The notes beneath the pieces were generated by a model. The model made no database searches and had not been told where the DNA came from. It saw only the letters and a program-made list of their open reading frames with translations. Below are positions 57,865 to 64,000 of a DNA stretch of 64,000 nt, in pieces (position 1 is the stretch's first letter; each line of letters opens with the position of its first letter). The stretch covers positions 241,875 through 305,874 of the forward strand of contig JBGANV010000008.1 of assembly GCA_044222185.1 (NCBI GenBank). The letters run 5' to 3'. The stretch comes from Planctomycetota bacterium (lineage in GTDB: Bacteria; Planctomycetota; GCA-002687715; CAIWVZ01). A program made the translations under genes and the position numbers.

Positions 57865-59040
57865 TCAGAGGCGAATATTGGCTCGTAACCGCTGTTGGCG
57901 ATCAAGCTCCTCTCGCTCATTGGCGAGTGCCCTTCGACGTTCCTCGGCCGCCTTCGCACGCTGAGTCGACCGATAATCCCGGAACGCGCGCGTGGCAACC
58001 GGCAACCACTCCTTGAACATGTCAATCACGCTCTGGACTTGAGAGTCAGGACAATCGACGGAAGCACGATTATCCTTCACCGTGAACCGACTCGGAGGCC
58101 TTCCAAGCGTGTAGCGGTGAGCCATTCGCAGAAAGCCGTTCCGATGCCAGTCCTCGCTCACTCGACGATCAAGCACGAGAGTAAGGCGACCGGCGCGCCA
58201 ATCGAAATCGACAACCTTCGGAGGCTCAATGGCGAGCGGGTCGTCCTCTTCGCCTTCAGGAATGGCGATATCCCCGATCTCGGAGAGGCGTTGGCGGGTC
58301 GCGAACTGCGCCTCGTGAACGGCGAGCAAATGTCTGACGGCTTCGATGTCAGGCGGCCGCTCCGATGGATCCTGGCGGATCATCCTGTCGACGATTGCGT
58401 CCATCCACCCGTACTCAGGCGCCGCGGATGCGATCGTCCTGTAACCCGTGCCTTGCGGCACGCTTGCCGTGAACAGCTCGTTCAGTATTAGACCAAGTGC
58501 AAAAATGTCGGCGCGGTGATCGACTCGCGATCCGCGAGCTTTCTGCTCCGGAGCGGCGTAATGGAAGTTCGCCAGTCGCTCCGCCGACTTCGTCTCAACC
58601 GCCGTGAACAGCTCCTCGTCGGAGAAGTGGGCAATGCCGAAGTCTGCGATGAGTAACGCAGCGGACGCGCCATCGTGGAGGATGTTCTCTGGCTTCAGGT
58701 CACGATGGACAACGCCGAGCAAGTGCGCCGCTTCTACCCCGTCGAGAATTTGTCGGAAGTAGCGGAGCCGATCCGTTGTCGGCGATTTCGATGCCATCAG
58801 ACCGCGCAACGATCCGCTGAGAATTGGCATCACGTAGAACGGCACCGTCGCCCCGGACACCACGGTTGTTCCGTGATCCGTAACGGTGACGATGCTCTTG
58901 TGCTTGTTGCGCTCGCAGAAACGGATCTCGGCATCATCGACCGCCGCCCAGACGTGACCTGCGCCACCTTCCCCGATCTGTCGGACTAACCGATAGCGGG
59001 CGAAGGCCGATTCGAGCACGCGTTCCGCTGACTTCCCCAT
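57865..59040 (-). CDS. Soluble Ser/Thr kinase-like protein lacking the VAIK segment
   Basis: IGEGGAGHV, HRDLKPEN, DFG, YAAPEQ, DIFALG; no Lys motif between the Gly loop and EIRFC. Confidence 0.85.
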   Translation of the reverse strand: MGKSAERVLESAFARYRLVRQIGEGGAGHVWAAVDDAEIRFCERNKHKSIVTVTDHGTTVVSGATVPFYVMPILSGSLRGLMASKSPTTDRLRYFRQILDGVEAAHLLGVVHRDLKPENILHDGASAALLIADFGIAHFSDEELFTAVETKSAERLANFHYAAPEQKARGSRVDHRADIFALGLILNELFTASVPQGTGYRTIASAAPEYGWMDAIVDRMIRQDPSERPPDIEAVRHLLAVHEAQFATRQRLSEIGDIAIPEGEEDDPLAIEPPKVVDFDWRAGRLTLVLDRRVSEDWHRNGFLRMAHRYTLGRPPSRFTVKDNRASVDCPDSQVQSVIDMFKEWLPVATRAFRDYRSTQRAKAAEERRRALANEREELDRQQRLRANIRL

Positions 59041-59202
59041 ACGCCCGGGACCCGCCCGTGCGCGCCATCACCCTCGATCCGCGGCGACCTCCCAACGAGT
59101 CGCGCCGTCTCCTGACCGCGAGCATCTCGCAACTCGCGAAACAATCAGGTGCTTCGGGATTTGGCGAGCCTCCGTAACTCTCGTGTTTACGGCGGGTTCC
59201 GA

Positions 59203-59245
59203 GCACGCCAGGTAGGAATCGAACCCACAACCTGCTGATTTGGAA
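59203..59245 (-). tRNA. 3' fragment of tRNA-Trp(CCA), probable att site rather than a functional gene
   Basis: Minus strand TTCCAAA-TCAGC-AGGTT-GTGGG-TTCGATT-CCTAC-CTGGCGT-G-C; no D-arm, and the 5' anticodon stem pairs only 3 of 5. Confidence 0.8.
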
Positions 59246-59281
59246 GCAGTCTACTCTCACGGCCGTTTGGCGGACAGAGAC

Positions 59282-59304
59282 GACGTGAGTTGACGTGAGT
59301 TGAC
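59282..59304 (+). repeat. 10-bp direct repeats GACGTGAGTT next to the att core (possible arm-type sites)
   Basis: GACGTGAGTT GACGTGAGTT GAC. Confidence 0.5.
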
Positions 59305-59852
59305 ACGAACTTCTGAGTTTGCGGATTTGTAAGGGGTCTCGGCGAGCCTCGACCCGGACAGAGACGACGTTTTGCGGACCGAGAGGATGCGAGGAAGTCG
59401 CCACCGGCGGGGTTTTGCGGTCGGCCTGGGCCACGGCCAGAGCGGGGTCCCATCGATGTCCGGGAATGCCAGGCCCGTCCTCTCGTTGGTCGAAGGCGGG
59501 GGCAGGACCGTCAGGCTGCGAGAGAACGGCGGTGGCCTCGCAGCACCGCGGGCGCCTGACGATGGCGCTGGTTTGGGTCGCGGTGACCTCGCAATGAGGG
59601 GGCGGAGAGAACGTGGCGCCGTCGACCCGCGTCGGTGCCGCGGCATCGCAGCGGCGCAACGATAACGTCGCGGAGTCCGCTTGCTCGTCGGCGATGATTT
59701 CCATAGGCCATTTCGGCGCCATTCTCAGCGCGATCGACGTTTGCACCACGCGCGGGTCACAGATAACGACATCTGCATTCTCGCGCCGATCCTCGCCACA
59801 TCCGAGCGCCACACGTACAGCGACGACAAGCAATAGTCGTATCGGACCAGTA

Positions 59853-61622
59853 TCACCTGTTAATGTATACTTCACCCTGCACCTCTATCGCTTCGTAGTT
59901 GACGCGCGTGCCCTTCCCAGCCGCCACGACGTAACGTAGACCTCGCCTGACAGGTATTGTCGTCTTGCCGTATTGATTCAATCGCCCCGTACCCGTAACG
60001 CGCCCATCCTCGCTTATCGCGCGTACGACCTCTCCGGTCTCCGTTACCGCGAACGGCGAACACGTCACTACTATCCCGCCATCCGGCAACGGATATGTGA
60101 TGCTATTCACGTTGGATTCAAGACCAATCTCATTTCGCTCGCTGAATGCGTCCGCAACCGCCAACGTGACGTGGAACCGGCCCGTCGGCACGCCGTCAAG
60201 CCAGCCGATACCCGCTTCGTCGAATCTATTGATCTGCCACATGAATTCATTTTGCACGGCATTCGGGTCAACCCCGTCCATGCCGACTGTAAGTCGACAG
60301 TCGCGATACCCGATCGCAAGACTCTGACTGTACTCAGTCGGTGTCACGCGCACTGTAATTGTTCGTTCCGCTACCAATACAATGGTCTGATTGCGTTCGC
60401 GGGAATACGTCACCGCGCGTCCGAATCCATGCTTGGTAGCCGTTATTGTTGTCGGTAGGCTGACTCCCTCGAATGTTGCCAAACCGGCAGCATCCGTCAC
60501 CGCCTCCTGTCGATCCCAAACGGCAGCGTCCAAGGATACCAGTGTGGTCGTTGCCCTAAGCTGCACGCTGGCAATGGGTGCCCCAGCTGCATCGATGACG
60601 CGCACTTGCAGGTCAGCTCCTCGCTTTAGTGCAATTGGAGAAGATGGCGGCCTCCCTGGGAGGAGTCTAGCCATGGCCGATACGAACCCCCTCGCACTCG
60701 CCGCCACTGTAACGGGCGCGTTTGATGGGTAGCCTTGAATAGTGAATTCGCCGTTGCGGTCGGTTACCACAGCCCGGCCGTACCCAGCCGCCTCCCTAAC
60801 CACCGCGTCTGGTATTGGCCTGCTGCTAGCCTTGTCAACCACGACGCCGTGTAGGCTCAGTCCAACGCGAGACAACTGGAGGCGAATGCGCTCGCGCTCG
60901 CGTTCCGGCGACAGTTGGCGCGTCACCTCGGCATACGCAAACTCGGGATGAGTCGCACGAATCCTGACCGTCCCGGTGGGAGCCCATGGGAAGTCACACT
61001 CGCCACGGCCGTCGCTGCGGGCCGTCCAGGCTATCACGTCCTGCTTGCCCGAGGACACAACCTGCACCTCGGCATTTGGGATCGGGTACCCTTCAACGGT
61101 TTCGACGACCACAGCCAGCTCGACGTGAATTCCCAACCGTAGCACATATGTACCGCCGCTGCGAACACCGTACTCAATCCCGTAGGACTGGTCCTTGTAC
61201 GCTATCAGGTCATAAGCCCCGTCTCTAACTATGATCGTGGCCGCGCCCATCATATCGGTACATCCACGTGCCACCGTCGGTTCATCTATCAGTCTGCGGC
61301 TCGCCACGAATCGTTCGCCGGCCGTTACGACCTGGAGCGCGACATTGGAGACTGGCTGGTCGTTGTCTCCGAGGACACGGACGCGCATTTCGCTCGTCGA
61401 AGACCGACTCTGGGGCCCCTCGTTGGAACCGGCCCGATCTGCGTGCGCGGCTGCTGTGACAGTCACTCCATTGAGCGTAGCCACAGGGCCACGCTCGTCG
61501 TTTGCTGAACCACCGCCACGACCTGGCTCTGGTCGGCGCGCACCACGCCAAAGCAGGACGGCACCTACGGATAGCGCAGCAATTGCGAGCCATGATAGGG
61601 CGACGAGCCGTTTATGGCGCAT
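59853..61622 (-). CDS. Membrane-anchored carboxypeptidase-regulatory-like domain protein (lower GC)
   Basis: N-terminal TM; repeated GYPIPNAEV, GVVVDKASSRPIPDAVV, TDRNGEFTI, VIDAAGAPIASV motifs. Confidence 0.75.
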   Translation of the reverse strand: MRHKRLVALSWLAIAALSVGAVLLWRGARRPEPGRGGGSANDERGPVATLNGVTVTAAAHADRAGSNEGPQSRSSTSEMRVRVLGDNDQPVSNVALQVVTAGERFVASRRLIDEPTVARGCTDMMGAATIIVRDGAYDLIAYKDQSYGIEYGVRSGGTYVLRLGIHVELAVVVETVEGYPIPNAEVQVVSSGKQDVIAWTARSDGRGECDFPWAPTGTVRIRATHPEFAYAEVTRQLSPERERERIRLQLSRVGLSLHGVVVDKASSRPIPDAVVREAAGYGRAVVTDRNGEFTIQGYPSNAPVTVAASARGFVSAMARLLPGRPPSSPIALKRGADLQVRVIDAAGAPIASVQLRATTTLVSLDAAVWDRQEAVTDAAGLATFEGVSLPTTITATKHGFGRAVTYSRERNQTIVLVAERTITVRVTPTEYSQSLAIGYRDCRLTVGMDGVDPNAVQNEFMWQINRFDEAGIGWLDGVPTGRFHVTLAVADAFSERNEIGLESNVNSITYPLPDGGIVVTCSPFAVTETGEVVRAISEDGRVTGTGRLNQYGKTTIPVRRGLRYVVAAGKGTRVNYEAIEVQGEVYINR

Positions 61623-61639
61623 TGCGCTGCTGCCAGCCC

Positions 61640-63083
61640 TGCTGCAAGCCACGACATTCTGCACTTCTCTGACGCAATTGCGACACGATTCTCATCCCTC
61701 CGCACCATGTGTCCGGCCGGTAGATTCTTGACATCGCGCACCCGTTCCGCGAGGCTATTCCGATGGCAACTGGCACTCCACGACGGCGTTACGACCATCG
61801 GTTCGTTGACCTCGTTCGGGAGTCGGGCGACATCAGCATCGCACTGACGCTTGGAGTTCCGCGCTCGACTGCCGCATCCTGGCTCTCCAGGCCTCCCGGT
61901 CGGTCGATGTCGCTGGTGCAGCCCGAGCCCAAGGCCGAGGCTCTCCTGCACGAGGTCGCAGACCTGCGGCGACGAGTCGTCGCGTTGTCGGCGCTTCTTC
62001 GAGTCCTGATCGCCGTGTTTCGGGGCTTTGGCCTGGGCCTCGCTCGCAGGCGCATGCCAGACGGCGACAGCAAGCTCCGCATCATCGATGCCGTTGTGAA
62101 GGCGCAGAGGATCATTCCGCTCCGGAAGATCCTACACCTGATCGGACTCTCCGCCTCTCGGTTTCATTCCTGGCGGCGAGGCATGACTGGTTGCGGCCTC
62201 GAAGATCGAACGACGTGCCCAAAGTCCTCGCCGCAACAGCTTCTCGCCGAAGAGGTCAAGGCGATCCGGGAGATGGTGCTTTCTGAGGAGTATCGCCACG
62301 TCCCGACGGGGACTCTGGCCCTGCTGGCGCAGAGGCTCGGCCGCGTCTTCGCATCGGCGACCACCTGGCATCGTCTCGTTCGAGAGAACGGTTGGCGCCG
62401 TCCGCGTACACGGGTCCATCCCGCCAAGCCGACCGTCGGCATCCGAGCCGCCGCTCCCGACGAGATCTGGCACATCGACACGACCGTGATCCGGCTCGTC
62501 AACGGGGTGCACGCCTACCTGCATGCCGTGATCGACAACTTCTCCCGCCGAATCCTCGCATGGAAGGTGGCCGAGAAGTTCGATCCCACGACCACGGTTG
62601 CCGTCCTGCTCGAGGCCGCCGGCCTGCGACGCGACGTCGCGGGAACCCCGACCGTGATGACGGATGCCGGAGTGGAGAACTGCAATCGCCACGTCGACGC
62701 GATCGTGAATCAGGGCGTCCTCCGGCGCATCATCGCCAGGACGGAGCTTCGATTCTCGAACTCGATGATCGAGGCGTTTTGGCGCACGTTGAAACATCAG
62801 TGGCTCTATCTCCACACGCTGGACAGCGTCAGGAGCATCGAACCGCTCGTCGCGTTCTATGTCAGAGAGCACAACTCGACCTTGCCGCACTCCGCGTTTC
62901 GCGGCCAGACGCCTGATGAAATGTACCTCGGGACCGGAGCGCAAGTTCCGAACGACCTCGGGGACCGTCGGCGCCTCGCTCGAAAGACACGAATCGAGCA
63001 GAACCGGGCTCGCGTGTGCCCGGTCTGCGTGACGCCGAGGCCGGCGTCCGTGGGCGCTGCGTGACCGACCGCATCCGATGAAT
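61640..63083 (+). mobile_element. DDE insertion sequence (IS3/IS481-like), right end interrupted by IS66
   Basis: Left IR TGCTGCAAGCCACGACATTCTGCAC at 61640 matches the IRs at 52114, 52567 and 52828. Confidence 0.75.
61763..63064 (+). CDS. DDE transposase (rve integrase core)
   Basis: N-terminal HTH GVPRSTA; WHIDTT, IDNFSR, MTDAG, IEAFWRTLK, PHSAFRGQTPDE. Confidence 0.92.
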   Translation: MATGTPRRRYDHRFVDLVRESGDISIALTLGVPRSTAASWLSRPPGRSMSLVQPEPKAEALLHEVADLRRRVVALSALLRVLIAVFRGFGLGLARRRMPDGDSKLRIIDAVVKAQRIIPLRKILHLIGLSASRFHSWRRGMTGCGLEDRTTCPKSSPQQLLAEEVKAIREMVLSEEYRHVPTGTLALLAQRLGRVFASATTWHRLVRENGWRRPRTRVHPAKPTVGIRAAAPDEIWHIDTTVIRLVNGVHAYLHAVIDNFSRRILAWKVAEKFDPTTTVAVLLEAAGLRRDVAGTPTVMTDAGVENCNRHVDAIVNQGVLRRIIARTELRFSNSMIEAFWRTLKHQWLYLHTLDSVRSIEPLVAFYVREHNSTLPHSAFRGQTPDEMYLGTGAQVPNDLGDRRRLARKTRIEQNRARVCPVCVTPRPASVGAA

Positions 63084-63160
63084 GTACGCGTTCGGCCAAC
63101 CGCACCTAATTCCGGGCGGTGAGGGGGCGGAGGATGCGCGCGTCAATTTGGAGGACGCGC

Positions 63161-63535
63161 ATGAAGCAAGAACGTGAACTGCCGCGGAGTCCGCGGCGAT
63201 CGGCGGCGGAGTGGTTGGAAATCGTGCGGGAACAATCAGAGAGCGGTGAGTCGGTTCGTCGATTCGCCGAGGCGCGGGATCTGAACCCGTCGACACTGAC
63301 GTGGTGGAAGTCCGAATCGCGACGAAGGACGCCGGTGCCGATGACCGGGCGCAGCGCCAGCCCCTCCAGGACAGGCAATGGAGCCTTCGTCGAACTGGTC
63401 CCACCTGGGAACGCGGCGGCGTCGGAGTGTGCGTATTCGGTGATGCTCTCCAGCGGGATCATCGTTCGGGCGACGGAGGCGATCGATGTGGAGGCGTTTG
63501 TTCGTCTCGTGGCGGAGCTCCAACGCGCATGCTGA
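63161..63535 (+). CDS. tnpA: IS66 accessory protein TnpA
   Basis: WLEIVREQSESGESVRRFAEARDLNPSTLTWW, FVELV. Confidence 0.85.
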   Translation: MKQERELPRSPRRSAAEWLEIVREQSESGESVRRFAEARDLNPSTLTWWKSESRRRTPVPMTGRSASPSRTGNGAFVELVPPGNAAASECAYSVMLSSGIIVRATEAIDVEAFVRLVAELQRAC

Positions 63536-63894
63536 CGCTCTCGCCTGCGACGCGGATCTTCGCCGCGCTCGGAGCGACGGACATGCGAAAGCAGTTCGAC
63601 GGCCTCGTGGCACTGGCGCGCGACGTCATGAAGGAGGATCCCTTCTCCGGTCACGTCTTCGCTTTTTGCAATCGCCGTCGCGATCGGATCAAACTGCTCA
63701 TCTTCGATCGCAGCGGGTTCTGGCTCTGCGCGAAGCGGCTCGAAGGGGGCACGTTCGCATGGCCGGAGACGACGAAGGGCACGGCGCGCGTCGAGTGGAG
63801 TTCAGCGGACCTCTCACTCTTGCTCTCTGGCGTGGATCCCGTGCGCGTGGTGCGTCGAAGATGGTGGTCTCGTGACGACGTAACGCGCGCGTGA
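63529..63894 (+). CDS. tnpB: IS66 accessory protein TnpB
   Basis: DMRKQFDGL, DPFSGHVFAFCNRRRDRIKLL, KRLEGGTFAWP. Confidence 0.95.
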   Translation: MLTLSPATRIFAALGATDMRKQFDGLVALARDVMKEDPFSGHVFAFCNRRRDRIKLLIFDRSGFWLCAKRLEGGTFAWPETTKGTARVEWSSADLSLLLSGVDPVRVVRRRWWSRDDVTRA

Positions 63895-63946
63895 ATATTT
63901 GCGAATAAGGCGTAACCGTCGTGAGCGCGATTCTATTGTATGCGGG

Positions 63947-64000
63947 ATGACGCTGGAGGAACTTGCGAACGAGCTTGCGCAGCTGCGCGCCGCGTTCAAC
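63947..64000 (+). CDS. tnpC: IS66 transposase TnpC, N terminus (partial)
   Basis: MTLEELANELAQLRAAFN coiled-coil start at the expected position after tnpB. Confidence 0.55.
   Translation, partial: MTLEELANELAQLRAAFN

Larger units (their letters stand above)
63084..64000 (+). mobile_element. IS66-family element (left part)
   Basis: IRL-like GTACGCGTTCGGCCAACCGCACCT followed by tnpA-tnpB and the tnpC start. Confidence 0.85.

Noticed and set aside
59203-59275. Complete functional tRNA-Trp
   Set aside because: The 5' half lacks a D-arm, spacing is short, and the acceptor and anticodon stems have terminal mismatches.
58934-59875. 313-aa minus-strand ORF
   Set aside because: Runs through the tRNA fragment and att arms; only the first ~80 codons might be a gene remnant.

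Overview
High-GC bacterial DNA. The gene content suggests a Planctomycetota-type genome, though this is an inference: an ECF sigma fused to carboxypeptidase-regulatory-like domains, two ECF/Ser-Thr-kinase-TPR pairs, prenyltransferase-repeat proteins, and large secreted proteins sharing a C-terminal domain. Positions 1-52100 are resident accessory genes: a pentaheme cytochrome c-HEAT fusion, an ankyrin gene with a structured leader, a PAC2/PPPDE-like operon, two GT4 glycosyltransferases, two paralogous trypsin-IPT/TIG giants (one appears to have lost the whole catalytic triad), a RedB/RedC-like sensor with an HDOD regulator, hydrolases, an AT-hook protein, mddA and a LamG protein. Positions 52100-64000 are a decaying mobile region at a tRNA-Trp att fragment: IS end remnants, a phage/satellite-like module whose SpoVG-like gene is split by an IS1595 (8-bp TSD), an AlpA-like gene, an intact tyrosine integrase, a kinase + RxxxxH (HEPN-like) cargo pair that is the best candidate for an undescribed defence/toxin system, a DDE IS and an IS66. 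All calls come from reading motifs by eye; no database searches were run.
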